64,000 nt of DNA from an uncultured delta proteobacterium. GTDB lineage: Bacteria; Desulfobacterota; RBG-13-43-22. Of the stretch, positions 50,228 through 61,586 are shown one piece after another. How positions within the stretch are numbered: the stretch's first letter is position 1; the number at the start of each line of letters is the position of its first letter. The stretch covers positions 64,001 to 128,000 of the forward strand of contig CAWJJC010000012.1 of NCBI GenBank assembly GCA_963843145.1, in the 5' to 3' direction. The notes beneath the pieces are model-generated. The model saw nothing but the letters and a program-made list of their open reading frames with translations. It was not told where the DNA came from and did not search any database. Made by a program: the position numbers and the translations under genes.

Positions 50228-52095
50228 TTATCTTTTCATCAGGGGCAGATGCAATCTTGGCGTGAGGCTCGAATCGTCCGGCTGGCGCTCGACCGCGCCG
50301 ATGTCGTAGCTGCCGTCGGGCCCCGGGCGTGGCTGGCCGCGCTGATCGCTGGCGGGCGCATCATTGCCTACCACGCCGGCAATCGCCGGGCTGCCTTCAG
50401 TTTGAGCATGTGCACCAAGGTGGGGCCGCCATAGTTGCCCAGCGCCGTGAGCAGCGGGTCGAGACCATTGGGGTCTGTGGCCGTTGACCAGAGCCGGTCA
50501 GCGCGCAACTGTTATCGCTCGAGAGGCTGAACTTCGCTGTAGTGATTGTGCCGCTGCAATTGCCGCCCGCGGCACTATAGGCCAGGATCGTATTGGTCAG
50601 AATCGTTGAAACGCCTGGAGTGCCGCTCTGCATGAAGAGCGCGCCGCCTTTGGGTGCGGAATTGTTGCTCAAAGTCACGTTCAATAGCCTTAGGTCAAAA
50701 TAGTTGTAGAGGCCACCGCCCTGATCTGTGGCCGAGTTGCCGCTGAGTGTGGTATTGGTCAGTGTGGCCTGGCTGAAGTTGTACAGGCCGCCTCCCTTGC
50801 TTGCTGAATTGCCATTGAGGGTGGAGTTATTCAGTATCGCCGTGCCCCAGTTGAAAAGACCGCCGCCAGCGCCACCCGAGTTGCTGCTGAGGGTGACGTT
50901 GTTCATCTTCAGCAGGCTATTACCGTCATTGTAAATGGCCCCGCCGCGATTGTTACCCGAGTTGCCGTTGACGGTGACGTTGTTCAGCGTCAGCGTGCTA
51001 TTAGTGTTGTAAATGGCCCCGCCGCCGCCGTAACCCTTGTTGCCGCTGAGGATGACGTTATCGAGCGTCGCCATGCCGTAAAAACCAGCGAAAATGGCGC
51101 CGCCGTCGGTGGCCGAGTTGCCGTTGAATGTGCTCTGTGAAATGGTCAGCACGCCGAAATTCCGAATCGCGCCACCGGTCGCGGCGGTGGTTTGGGTGGG
51201 CGTCTGATTCGCATTGAGCTGGCTGCCGCTAATCGATACGCGTCCGGAGGTGGTGATGTTCAGGCCCCCGCCTCCGCCATAACCAATCCCATTGGCCGTA
51301 TTGCCGGTAATCTGGCTGTTGCTGATCTCGACTGTCCCGCCCACATCCAGCCCGCCACCATCATGGACCGTCGCATGATTGTTCCGAACCATCGTATTGA
51401 TCAGCGTAAGTGTTCCGCCGCTGTCGATGCCGCCGCCGTACTGCGACTGGTTGTTCTCGATCAGGCTGTTCTTTACGATCGTCGTTCCGTTGATGTCCCT
51501 CGATCGCTCCTCCCGCAAAGTAGCTCTGGCTGTTGCGAATCGTCACCTGGTCCAGTTCCAGCCGGCCGCCTTCGTTTAAGATGGCCCCACCCTGGGTCGG
51601 CTAATTTCCTCCCGCCGAGGCATTGCCATCCGTCAGGATGATGTTAGTCAGCGTCAGCGTGGCGTCTGCCGCCTGTAAGTCGAACAGACGGTTGACGCCC
51701 GCTCCCGGAGAGGGTCACCAGGTTGCCGCCATCAATCGTGTAGGAGCGGCCGGAGATGACGTTGAACCCGCCCGCCTGTGTGACGGTGATGACGACCGGC
51801 GCGGCGCCGCAACTGAACGTGATCAGTCCACTGCCGCTGTTCATGGCGCGGCGAGGCCTGTCCCCGTGCAATTCGTCACCGTCCCCGCCGCCTGTACCGT
51901 TGCCGTGCCGATCAGAATGAACCACAGCCCCAGTCCAATGAAACTACCAAACAAACTGACCATTAAGTCGCGCTTCAATGTTGCCTCCCAAAGCCATAAA
52001 CGGGAGCCCAGCGGTCGGTTCCTCGAGAGGACACGCTGTTTCACGACCAGGAGTCGGGGAAGTAACGGCAGTAAACGGAAGGTAGCTATTTTCAT
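50228..52095 (-). pseudogene. Polymorphic-membrane-protein-like GGA repeat/choice-of-anchor-Q protein, multiple frameshifts
   Basis: N.A..GGAI/GGGL repeats; C-terminus DIGAVERQPDDSSLTPRLHLPLMKR* ending at 50228. Confidence 0.75.
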
Positions 52096-52376
52096 GAGTC
52101 CCCCGGTTGGCAAATGCCATAGCCCTCGTCACGGTAAGCGACGGGCGGGCACCTGCGGGTGATTGTGAGCTGCATGTGGATTGGATTCGGGGCCAGCGGG
52201 GCTATGAGTATCTCCCGTCCTTGGCCTATTATACAATTTAGGTTCATTCGAAAGGTAAGTCAATCAGAGAGATGAAATAAGGAAGCTCAGCCGCGTGAAG
52301 CCACCCGGTTTTACAACCGGTAATCCTTCCCCGGGATAACCGGCTTCAGACCTTTTTCAGGCATGATGCCCCTCCA

Positions 52377-52502
52377 TTAGGTGACGGCTGTTACTCCCCG
52401 GGCGTCGGAAATCGACAGCAGGTTTCGGTGGTCGTCATGGGTGTAATCCACCCTGGAGCCGTCTGGGAATTTTTCCCCGGTGGTCAATTCCGGGTCGTTC
52501 AA
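52377..52502 (-). pseudogene. YD/RHS-repeat remnant
   Basis: FPDGSRVDYTHDDHRNLLSISDARGVT* resembles one YD repeat. Confidence 0.5.
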
Positions 52503-52537
52503 CGTTAACTGACGGCCTGGCCGTGCCGGTTAGCCGC

Positions 52538-53800
52538 TCAACCTGTTTCCTTGATCCGTTCAATTTTGGCCCCCAGGGCGGAGAGCTTCTTCTCCAGAGT
52601 TTCATAGCCCCGGTCCAGGTGATAGACCCGGGAGATTTCCGTGATCCCCTCGGCCCGTAAACCCGCCAGAACCAGGGAGGCGCTGGCCCGCAGGTCGGTG
52701 GCCATGACCGGTGCCCCGTTCAGGCGGGAGACGCCCTTGACCACCGCCTGGTGGCCGGAAACCTGGATGTCGGCACCCATCCTTTGCAGTTCACTCACGT
52801 GCATGAACCGATTTTCGAAAATCGTTTCCTGGATGATGCTGGTATCCTGGCTGACGCACATAAGGGCCATGAACTGGGCCTGCATATCGGTGGGGAAACC
52901 CGGATAGGGGCGGGTGGTCACGGAAACGCTTTTTATTTTCCGGGGGCCGGAAGCCGTCAGTCCCGTCTTGTCTTGAGAAAACTCCACCCCGGTCTCTTTC
53001 AATTTCATGATCAGGGCCTCCAGACAGGAGCCGTCATAATCCGTCAGGGTAATTTCACCGCCGGTTATTCCGGCCGCCACCAGATAAGTTCCGGCTTCGA
53101 TGCGGTCGGGCATAACCCGGTAAGTGGCGGGATGCAGGGAAGGGACTCCTTCGACGGTGATGATATCCGTCCCGGCTCCCGCGATTTGGGCCCCCATTCC
53201 TTTCAAAAAATTGGCCAGGTCCACTACTTCCGGTTCCTTAGCGGCATTGGCCAGAGTGGTTTTCCCCTTAGCCAGGGTCGCCGCCATCATCAGGTTTTCC
53301 GTCCCGGTGACGGTCGGCAGGTCAAAGACGATTTCAGCGCCTTTCAACTGGCGGGCCTTGGCCTCGACGTACCCGTGTTTCAGTTCCAGGCGGGCCCCCA
53401 TCTGCTCCAGGCCTTTCAGGTGCAGATTGATGGGACGGGCGCCAATGGCGCATCCGCCCGGCAGGGACACCCGGGCTTTGCCCAGCCGGGCCACCAGCGG
53501 TCCCAGGACCAGGATTGAGGCCCGCATGGTTTTGACCAGATCATAGGGGGCTTCCCAGCCTTTCACCTGGGAGGTATCTAAATGCAGTTCGCTGGACGAA
53601 ACCTCTTCACATGAGACCCCCAGCCAGGAAAGCAATTTTTTGTGGGTGCGGATATCCCGCAGGGTGGGCAGGTTAGTCAGGGTTGAAATCCCTTCGGTTA
53701 ACAGGGCGGCGGCCATGATCGGCAAGGCCGCATTTTTTGCCCCGGAAAGGGAAACTTTTCCCTTTAAAGTCCGACCGCCGTGAATTAGAATCTTATCCAT
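52538..53800 (-). CDS. murA: UDP-N-acetylglucosamine 1-carboxyvinyltransferase
   Basis: [40 protein letters not shown]. Confidence 0.97.
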   Translation of the reverse strand: MDKILIHGGRTLKGKVSLSGAKNAALPIMAAALLTEGISTLTNLPTLRDIRTHKKLLSWLGVSCEEVSSSELHLDTSQVKGWEAPYDLVKTMRASILVLGPLVARLGKARVSLPGGCAIGARPINLHLKGLEQMGARLELKHGYVEAKARQLKGAEIVFDLPTVTGTENLMMAATLAKGKTTLANAAKEPEVVDLANFLKGMGAQIAGAGTDIITVEGVPSLHPATYRVMPDRIEAGTYLVAAGITGGEITLTDYDGSCLEALIMKLKETGVEFSQDKTGLTASGPRKIKSVSVTTRPYPGFPTDMQAQFMALMCVSQDTSIIQETIFENRFMHVSELQRMGADIQVSGHQAVVKGVSRLNGAPVMATDLRASASLVLAGLRAEGITEISRVYHLDRGYETLEKKLSALGAKIERIKETG

Positions 53801-54702
53801 TGAATTTTCCTTTCAGCACCCGATCTTTCCCGGAATAGTCGCGACGAATCAGGGCCGGATCAAAGCCGCTCCGCCGGGCTAATTCCAGCACCGGCGGCCC
53901 TTGCGTTTCACCGATCTCCAGGAGCACCCAGCCTCCGGGTTGGAGGATCTGGCGGGCTTGGCCCAGGAGTTCCCGGATGGCGGTCAGACCGTCCGGCCCG
54001 CCGTCCAGGGCGGAAAGCGGTTCGTAATTCTTTATCCCCGGGGACAATTGCCGGATTTCCTCCCGGGTTAAATAAGGGGGATTGGAGATCAGCAGACTGG
54101 ATTTTCTTTTTGTGGGTAGCGAACGGGGTCAACCAGTTCCCCTGGAGGAAAGAGACCGTCCGATGAACCTGGTGCAGCCGGGCATTGGCCTCCGCCGTCT
54201 TCAGGGCCGGCCAGGACCGGTCGCTGGCCGCCATGAATCCCGGTTCGACCGGAGCGCTCAGCAGGGTCTTGGCGAGGGAAATGATTATGGCCCCTGAACC
54301 TGTTCCCAGTTCGATCGTATTTTTCAGGGAAGGGTCGGCTTGGATCAGAGCCAAAGCCTCTTCCACCAGGAGTTCGGTTTCCGGCCGGGGAATAAGGACT
54401 GAGGGGTTGACCGCAAAAGAGAGAGACCAGAATTCCTTGCGTCCCAGGATATAGGCAACCGGTTCATTTTTTACCCGGCGAAGCAGGAGGGCTTTGAAGC
54501 CCGCCAATTCAGCCGGGTTCAGCGGCCGATCAAATTGCAAAAATAACCCCAGGCGATCCAGGCTGAGGACCGAGGCCAAGAGGATTTCCGCACTTAGACG
54601 GGGTTCTGAAACCCCTTTTTCCCTAAGGTATTCCCGAGACCAGTCGATGGTTTTAATTACGGTCCAGGGTTCATCCGTTTTTTTATTTGTTGTTTCGCCC
54701 AT
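53793..54702 (-). CDS. prmC: Release factor glutamine methyltransferase PrmC; frameshift near 54100
   Basis: [24 protein letters not shown]; shifted frame gives LISNPPY and [13 protein letters not shown]. Confidence 0.92.
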
Positions 54703-54714
54703 TTAAAGCTGATA

Positions 54715-54947
54715 TGGCCGCCGAGACCCGGCGGCCATGGAGATCCAATTTCAGATTAAACCCCCATGCCCGGGGCGGGCGCCCCGAATCATGAAATAAG
54801 GCTTCAGAAGACGGATTGTTAATAATCAATTGTCAATTATTAATTAAGAATTGAAAGTTGATTATTGATTATTGGCCAAGAGAAGCCCTCGATTTTATTT
54901 TCGTATTAGGGGTACCAGATAGTAGGACACCCACCCGGAAGGGCGAA
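54715..54947. repeat. Composite intergenic repeat: family A ends enclosing AT-rich heptamer repeats
   Basis: ATGGCCGCCGAGACCCGGCGGCCAT (54715-54739); AATAATCAATTGTCAATT...TTGATTATTGATTATT (~54815-54875); TACCAGATAG...GGGCGAA (~54913-54947). Confidence 0.7.
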
Positions 54948-55017
54948 CAATCTCATGCTCGAAGTGGTTGGTCGCGTCCGGGGGAGCCAGGGGGTGAGGC
55001 AGCAACGATGATCCCCC

Positions 55018-56079
55018 TCAGGCTTTGAGGTGTTCCGACTGGTAATGGGTATTCAGGGCCTCAATGACTTCGGATAATTTCCCTTCCATGATTTCATCCA
55101 AATGATAGAGGGTCAGCCCGATGCGATGGTCGGTCAGCCGGTTTTGGGGGAAGTTGTAGGTCCTGATTCGTTCGCTGCGGTCTCCTGACCCGACCTGGCT
55201 TTTGCGGTTTTCGGCAATCTTATCCTGCTGTTCTTTGACTTTTAAGTCCTGGATCCGGGCCCTCAATATTTTTAGCGCTTTGGCCTTGTTTTTATGCTGG
55301 GATTTTTCATCCTGGCAGGAGACGACCAGACCGGTAGGCAGATGGGTGATCCGAATCGCGGAGTCGGTGGTGTTGACGCTCTGCCCGCCCGGCCCGGAGG
55401 AACGGAAGACATCCACCCGGATTTCTTCAGGATCGATGACCACATCCACTTCCTCGGCCTCCGGCAAGACGGCTACGGTAACGGCCGAGGTGTGCAACCG
55501 GCCCTGGGCTTCGGTGGAGGGCACCCGCTGTACCCGGTGGACCCCGCTTTCATATTTCAATTTGCTGTAGGCCCCCTGACCCTCGATCAAGACGATGATT
55601 TCTTTGAACCCGCCCATACCGGTGGGGTGGTCGCTCATGACTTCCACGCGCCAGTGCATGATCTCGGCGAATTTGGAATAGAGGCGAAACAGGTCGGCGG
55701 CAAAGAGGGCGGCCTCATCCCCCCCGGTCCCGGCCCGAATTTCCAGCAAGGTATTTTTTTCGTCGTTGGGGTCCTTGGGCAGCAAAAGGACCATGATCTC
55801 TTCTTCCACCTGGGTCGATTGCTCCCGAAGTTGTTGCATTTCGGTCCGGGCCAGGTCGCGCATCTCCGGGTCGGGGTCTTCCAGAAGGTCCGTGTTTTGC
55901 CGGATGGCTTCGCTCAGGGCCTTGAGTTGGCGGTATTTGCCGATGAGGGGGGACAGATCGGAATGTTCCTTGGCCAGTTTCTGATAAGCCGCCTGGTTGC
56001 GCAGGATTTCCCCATCCCCGAGGGATTCCTCGACCTTGGCAAAACGGTCCTCCACTTCCTCCAGTTTCTCGAACAGCAT
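55018..56079 (-). CDS. prfA: Peptide chain release factor 1
   Basis: [16 protein letters not shown] (PxT), [13 protein letters not shown]. Confidence 0.97.
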   Translation of the reverse strand: MLFEKLEEVEDRFAKVEESLGDGEILRNQAAYQKLAKEHSDLSPLIGKYRQLKALSEAIRQNTDLLEDPDPEMRDLARTEMQQLREQSTQVEEEIMVLLLPKDPNDEKNTLLEIRAGTGGDEAALFAADLFRLYSKFAEIMHWRVEVMSDHPTGMGGFKEIIVLIEGQGAYSKLKYESGVHRVQRVPSTEAQGRLHTSAVTVAVLPEAEEVDVVIDPEEIRVDVFRSSGPGGQSVNTTDSAIRITHLPTGLVVSCQDEKSQHKNKAKALKILRARIQDLKVKEQQDKIAENRKSQVGSGDRSERIRTYNFPQNRLTDHRIGLTLYHLDEIMEGKLSEVIEALNTHYQSEHLKA

Positions 56080-56088
56080 AGGCGGTAG

Positions 56089-57027
56089 TTAAACAACCTG
56101 CGGGTTGACGGGTCGCCCTTCCAGGCTAAGTACTCGGGACAGGGCCTGCAGGGCAACTTCAATCTGGTCTTCGGTAGGTTCCTGGGTGGTAAGATGTTGA
56201 ATCCAGAGGCCGGGGAGAATGATCACCCGGACCCAGGGAAGATGAGCCTTTTTCCCTGAGTATTTAATGGCTTCATAGGCTAACCCCGTGATGGGAATCA
56301 TCAAGAGGATTTTGAAAAATATATAGAAACCATTTTTTGCCCAGACCGATAGACCGGCGAATTTGGGCAGAAACGGAAATAGAAACGAAAAAAGCAGGAT
56401 GCTGATAATCAACAAGAGCAGAATGAACGAAGTGCCGCAGCGGGGGTGCAGGGTGGAGTGACGCTTGGCGTTCTCGACGGTCAAGTCCTCCCCGGCTTCG
56501 TAGGTAAAGATCGATTTATGCTCCGCCCCATGATACTGGAAAATCCGACGGATCTCCTTGAACCGGGAGATAATCCAGATATAGGCAATGAAGATAAAGA
56601 CCTTAATGAGGCCGTCTATAATATGAAAGGTCAGGGACTCCACCCCGAAGCGGTAGGGCGAGATCGTCCCCAGGAAGGCGCTGATGGCATGGGGCAGGGC
56701 GACAAAAAGGCCCAGGCCGATCAAGATGGCCAAGCTCATGGTCAAAAACATGGTCCAGGAACTAAGGTCCTTTTTTTCTTCCTCCTCGGCCAAGGCTTGG
56801 TTGGCGGAATAATTAAGGGCCTGAATCCCCTGGACCAGGGTCTCGATGAGGGTCAAGGTGCCCCGCAGCACCGGCCACTTGAGAAAACTCCAGCGATCGG
56901 ACCAAGGATGGAGGAGATCTTCCTTAAAAGCAATCTCCCCGTTAGGCTTTCGTACCACCACGGCTAAGGATGTAGGGGCTTTCATCATTACCCCTTCAAT
57001 AACCGCCTGTCCGCCGACTTGAATCAT
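56089..57027 (-). CDS. DUF1385 membrane protein
   Basis: GGQAVIEGVMM, FQYHGAEHK, HPRCGTSF, TT.EP; usual rpmE-prfA context. Confidence 0.92.
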   Translation of the reverse strand: MIQVGGQAVIEGVMMKAPTSLAVVVRKPNGEIAFKEDLLHPWSDRWSFLKWPVLRGTLTLIETLVQGIQALNYSANQALAEEEEKKDLSSWTMFLTMSLAILIGLGLFVALPHAISAFLGTISPYRFGVESLTFHIIDGLIKVFIFIAYIWIISRFKEIRRIFQYHGAEHKSIFTYEAGEDLTVENAKRHSTLHPRCGTSFILLLLIISILLFSFLFPFLPKFAGLSVWAKNGFYIFFKILLMIPITGLAYEAIKYSGKKAHLPWVRVIILPGLWIQHLTTQEPTEDQIEVALQALSRVLSLEGRPVNPQVV

Positions 57028-57045
57028 AGTAAGGGGGACTCCTGA

Positions 57046-57270
57046 TTAATTGGCTTCCGGTTGGGCCGCCTTGACCTTGGCGTACTTTTTCTGAAACCGC
57101 TCCACCCTTCCGGCGGTGTCCATCAGTTTCTGCTTACCGGTAAAAAAGGGATGGCATTGGGAACAGATCTCTACCCGGATTTCTTTTTGCGTCGAGCCGG
57201 TGGGAAGTTCCGCCCCGCAGGCGCAGCGGGCAGTGATTTGATGGTAGGGGGGGTGAATTTTTTCTTTCAT
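57046..57270 (-). CDS. rpmE: 50S ribosomal protein L31 (Zn-binding type)
   Basis: [24 protein letters not shown]. Confidence 0.97.
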   Translation of the reverse strand: MKEKIHPPYHQITARCACGAELPTGSTQKEIRVEICSQCHPFFTGKQKLMDTAGRVERFQKKYAKVKAAQPEAN

Positions 57271-57294
57271 GATCGCTTTTACCTCCTTAAACGG

Positions 57295-58545
57295 TTATTT
57301 ATTCATTAAGCTCAAAAATTCGGCGTTGTTCTTCGTGCCTTCCATTTTCTCCAGGAGAAACTCCATGCTGTCCACCGGGGTTAGAGGTGCCAGCAGTTTG
57401 CGCAGGATCCAGACGCGGTTGAGTTCATCCGGAGACAGGAGCAATTCTTCCTTGCGGGTCCCGGATCGATTGATATCAATGGCCGGAAAGATACGCTTAT
57501 CGCTCAGCTTCCGGTCTAAATGGATTTCCATGTTGCCGGTTCCCTTAAATTCCTCGAAAATCACTTCGTCCATTCGGCTACCGGTATCGACCAGGGCGGT
57601 GGCCATAATGGTCAGGCTCCCCCCCTCTTCAATATTTCGAGCCGCGCCAAAAAAACGTTTGGGCCGATGCAGGGCATTGGAATCCACCCCGCCGGAGAGA
57701 ATCTTGCCGCTGGGAGGAACCACGGTATTATAGGCCCGGGCCAAGCGGGTGATACTGTCCAGGAGAATGACTACATCCCGTTTGTGTTCAACGAGTCTTT
57801 TGGCTTTCTCTATAACCATCTCGGCCACTTGGATATGACGCTGGGCCGGTTCGTCAAAGGTTGAACTGATCACCTCGGCCTTGACCGAACGCTGCATATC
57901 GGTGACTTCTTCGGGCCGTTCATCGATCAACAATACTATTAATATAATGTCTTTATAATTTTTAGCAACGCTGTTGGCGATATTTTGCAGGAGCATGGTC
58001 TTTCCGCTGCGGGGCGGGGAGACAATCAGTCCCCGCTGACCCTTGCCGATGGGGGTCAAAAGATCCATAATCCGCACCGAATAATTTTTGGATTCGTCGG
58101 TCTCCAGGCCGATACGCTGATTGGGATAGAGGGGGGTCAGGTTGTCGAACAGAATTTTATCGCGGGCCAGTTCCGGGTCTTCGTAATTAATGGCCTCCAC
58201 TTTCAGGAGAGCGAAGTAGCGTTCGTTATCCTTGGGAGGGCGAATCTGACCGGCCGTGACGTCCCCGGTTCTCAGGTTAAAACGTCGGATTTGGGAGGGA
58301 GACACATATATGTCATCCGGTCCGGGGAGATAATTATAATCGGGCGCCCGAAGGAAGCCAAACCCGTCCGGGAGAATTTCCAAAACCCCCTCGCCATAGA
58401 TGAGGCCGTTTTTTTCCGTCTGGGCTTGCAGAATGGCAAAAATGAGTTCTTGTTTTCTCATCCCGCTGGCCCCCTCGACGTTCAGTTCTCGGGCCATGGA
58501 CGTAAGTTCGCTAATTTTTATTTCTTTCAGTTCGGCTAGGTTCAT
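57295..58545 (-). CDS. rho: Transcription termination factor Rho
   Basis: [45 protein letters not shown]. Confidence 0.98.
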   Translation of the reverse strand: MNLAELKEIKISELTSMARELNVEGASGMRKQELIFAILQAQTEKNGLIYGEGVLEILPDGFGFLRAPDYNYLPGPDDIYVSPSQIRRFNLRTGDVTAGQIRPPKDNERYFALLKVEAINYEDPELARDKILFDNLTPLYPNQRIGLETDESKNYSVRIMDLLTPIGKGQRGLIVSPPRSGKTMLLQNIANSVAKNYKDIILIVLLIDERPEEVTDMQRSVKAEVISSTFDEPAQRHIQVAEMVIEKAKRLVEHKRDVVILLDSITRLARAYNTVVPPSGKILSGGVDSNALHRPKRFFGAARNIEEGGSLTIMATALVDTGSRMDEVIFEEFKGTGNMEIHLDRKLSDKRIFPAIDINRSGTRKEELLLSPDELNRVWILRKLLAPLTPVDSMEFLLEKMEGTKNNAEFLSLMNK

Positions 58546-58824
58546 TGCTTCCTCGGTTTTTTAGTTGATAAAGGTACTCAGGCGTGACCTTAATTCAGTT
58601 AGACCTATCTGGAGAACAGGGTAATTCCCATCCCGAAAGAGGAAGTTGCTTCAGTGAGTTCCTTGAGGGTTGGGTTTAATTCCAAAAAGATTGGATTGTG
58701 TAATGGGATTTGCCGGATTTTTTTGGGTTACTCGGTCTTTTCAGGATGGTGCGGATAATTTAAGGATTCTTTTCTCCTTCCCGCTGTATTTAGGATACAT
58801 AGATAGAACATAAAAAAAGAATTG

Positions 58825-59775
58825 TCAAGATTTTTTTAGCAGGTCAAGTAGTTGGCTCATATCGGCCGGCCAGGGGGAGGTAAATTCCAACTGGATTTGG
58901 GTCCGGGGATGGGAAAAAGCCAATCGGCCGGCATGCAACATTTGGCGGGAAAGTGAACCCAGGCTGATGGACAGAGCGGGATCCAACCCTTTGAACCCTC
59001 TTTTTTTTAACCCATAAAGGGGATCACCCAGGATTGGCAGGCCTAACGCGGCTAAATGGACCCGAATCTGATGGGTTCGTCCGGTTTTTATTCGTAAGCG
59101 CAGTCTATTAATCCCCGGGTGGTATCTTTCCAGGACCAGCCATTCGGTCAGGGCCGGTTTCCCCCGGACCTCATTAACGGCCATTTTTTTTCGATCGATG
59201 GGGTGCCGTCCGATCGGGGAAGTAATGGTTCCCTGGCGTTGAGGGGGAGTTCCCCAGGTTAGGGCTTGATATTCTTTGAAAATTAGGCCCGATTGAAATT
59301 GTTTGGTCAGCGCCTGGTGGCAGGAGTCATTCTTAGCCACAATCAACAAGCCCGAGGTATCCTTATCTAATCGGTGGACGATCCCGGGGCGAAAGGTCCC
59401 CCCCGCCGTTGATAGATTTTGCCCGAGATGCAGCAGGGCATGGACCAGGGTCCCTGAATAATTACCCGGAGCCGGATGAACCACCAACCCGGCCGGTTTA
59501 TCGATCACCAGGAGGTCCGAATCCTCGAAAACAATCGAAAGGGGGATCGGTTCGGGTTGTAAAAGAATAGGGTCCGATTCCTTCGGGGTTAACACCACTT
59601 GATCTCCGGTTTTTAAACGGTAGCCCGCTTTGGCCGGCTGGCTGTTTACGGTAACCCCGCCCTCCTCGCCCCATTTTTGAATTTGGCTGCGAGAAAAATC
59701 AAGCCCCTGGCCGGCTAAAAAGAGGTCTAATCGTTTTCCAACGTCCAGCCCTTGTATAATGAATTCATAGACCAT
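58825..59775 (-). CDS. rluD: RluA-family pseudouridine synthase with S4 domain (RluD-like)
   Basis: RLDLFL, KPAGLVVHP, GIVHRLDKDTSG, TGRTHQIRVH, QMLHA. Confidence 0.9.
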   Translation of the reverse strand: MVYEFIIQGLDVGKRLDLFLAGQGLDFSRSQIQKWGEEGGVTVNSQPAKAGYRLKTGDQVVLTPKESDPILLQPEPIPLSIVFEDSDLLVIDKPAGLVVHPAPGNYSGTLVHALLHLGQNLSTAGGTFRPGIVHRLDKDTSGLLIVAKNDSCHQALTKQFQSGLIFKEYQALTWGTPPQRQGTITSPIGRHPIDRKKMAVNEVRGKPALTEWLVLERYHPGINRLRLRIKTGRTHQIRVHLAALGLPILGDPLYGLKKRGFKGLDPALSISLGSLSRQMLHAGRLAFSHPRTQIQLEFTSPWPADMSQLLDLLKKS

Positions 59776-59777
59776 GG

Positions 59778-60779
59778 TTAGCTTTTGACTTCGGTGAAAA
59801 TCATACGGCCGGTTCCGGTTTGCAAAACGCTGGTGACCATGACGTCTTTATTTTGGCCGATGTATTTTCTGGCATTCTCCACCACCACCATGGTCCCGTC
59901 ATCCAGGTAAGCGATTCCCTGCCCGGGGGTCTTACCTTCGCGGATGATTTGAACGGCGAGGATTTCCCCGGGCAGGACCACCGGCTTAAGGGCATTCGCT
60001 AGACTGTTTAGGTTGATAACCCGGACTCCCTGCAATTCGGCCACCTTATTCAAGTTGAAGTCATTGGTAACGATGGTGCCGTTTAATTCCAGGGCCAAGT
60101 CTACCAGCTTGGCATCCACGTTGTCCTTGGGGGGGTTGCGGTCGACAATGTGAACATTCAGGGCAGGCTGGTTTTGGATTTTTTCGATGATTCCCAGGCC
60201 TCGTCGGCCTCGGGTTTTCTTCAGGGGGTCCGCTGAATCGGCGATATGGTGTAGTTCCTGGAGCACAAATTGGGGAATGATCAAAGTTCCTTGGACGAAT
60301 CCGGTTTCACAAATATCGGCAATCCGCCCGTCAATGATGACACTGGTGTCGAGCAGATAACGGTTCAGGTTTCCCGAAGAAGAAAAAGGAAGGCTGCGGG
60401 AATTGAAAAAATGGGCCCATTCATCGGTTTTCCCCCCTCCCAACCTCAATCCCAGATACCCTAGGAGTACACTGAGCAAAAAAAATACCGCGGGAGTAAA
60501 AGCCGGATCGGGGAAGAAAATAACCAAAACTTCCAAGGACAATCGGGCCAAGATCAAGGCGAGTATTAGCCCCAGGCAACTTCCGAACAGCCGGCGCAAG
60601 GGGATTCTTCTCAATATTCTATCCAGGGCCAGCATCCCACCGGCCAGCAACAGCCCCAGGAAAACTCCCCCGAGAGCAGCCCAGGGTAGAGCGGTCCGGA
60701 CCCCGATTTGATGGCCAATCCAATAGCCCGCGAATAGACAGGCTAAGGTCAATAGAGTTGTTGAGAGGTAATAAGGCAT
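59778..60779 (-). CDS. PIN/TRAM-domain membrane protein (YacL-like)
   Basis: LDTSVIIDGRI, RGRRGL, TNDFNL, YLDDGTMVVVE. Confidence 0.92.
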   Translation of the reverse strand: MPYYLSTTLLTLACLFAGYWIGHQIGVRTALPWAALGGVFLGLLLAGGMLALDRILRRIPLRRLFGSCLGLILALILARLSLEVLVIFFPDPAFTPAVFFLLSVLLGYLGLRLGGGKTDEWAHFFNSRSLPFSSSGNLNRYLLDTSVIIDGRIADICETGFVQGTLIIPQFVLQELHHIADSADPLKKTRGRRGLGIIEKIQNQPALNVHIVDRNPPKDNVDAKLVDLALELNGTIVTNDFNLNKVAELQGVRVINLNSLANALKPVVLPGEILAVQIIREGKTPGQGIAYLDDGTMVVVENARKYIGQNKDVMVTSVLQTGTGRMIFTEVKS

Positions 60780-60983
60780 TCGCTCACCCCCTTTCCTTGA
60801 AAAGCAGTACTCCGACCGAAGTAAGAATGAACCGATAATTTGGAATTAGCCTTTTGAAGGCCGTGAAAAGAGGAAAAGGGAGCCTGAATCCCCAAGGTGA
60901 AGCTCCTGATTATGATTTAGGAGGGGGAAGGGGTGAAAAATTACAAGTTTAGGATAAAAGGATTTCGCCGTCCAATTGAAAGG

Positions 60984-61469
60984 CTAATGCATGAAAATCC
61001 GCTGAATATCTTTCTCTACTTTTTCTTCGTTGACTTTTTTGGCAATGGATATTTCCTTGACCAGCAGGTTCTTAGCCGTATCCAACATCTTACGCTCGCC
61101 GAAGGAGAGTTCTTTGTCCACCCGAAGCAGAAAGAGGTCCCGCAACACTTCAGCAACTTCGTACACCGAGCCGGTTTTTATTTTTTCCATGTATTCACGG
61201 TAACGGCGATTCCAGGTCTGATTGTCAAATTCAATGTTTTTAGCCTTTAAGATTTTGAAAATTTTGGGGACTTCTTCCTCCCGAACAATTTCCCGCAAGC
61301 CCACATGTTCGGCATTCTGGGTGGGGATCATGATGACCATGTTATTTTCCAGAATACGCATGATATAGAAATGTTGATTCTGTCCGTAAAGCTCCTTGGC
61401 CTCGATGGACTCGATTCGTCCAACGCCATGGGCCGGGTAAACCGCCAAATCACCTACCCTGAAGATCAT
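60984..61469 (-). CDS. carD: CarD-family transcriptional regulator (CdnL-type)
   Basis: VYPAHGVG, GLR, WNRRYR, LSFGE. Confidence 0.93.
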   Translation of the reverse strand: MIFRVGDLAVYPAHGVGRIESIEAKELYGQNQHFYIMRILENNMVIMIPTQNAEHVGLREIVREEEVPKIFKILKAKNIEFDNQTWNRRYREYMEKIKTGSVYEVAEVLRDLFLLRVDKELSFGERKMLDTAKNLLVKEISIAKKVNEEKVEKDIQRIFMH

Positions 61470-61586
61470 GAACCGCCCTCCTTCTAGATTAGTGGACAGT
61501 TGAATTATAACATAGTTGGGCGTCAAAACCAAAATAAAAAAATAGTGAGTTAATCCAATTTGTTAAAGAGGGCAACGGGAAACCGT

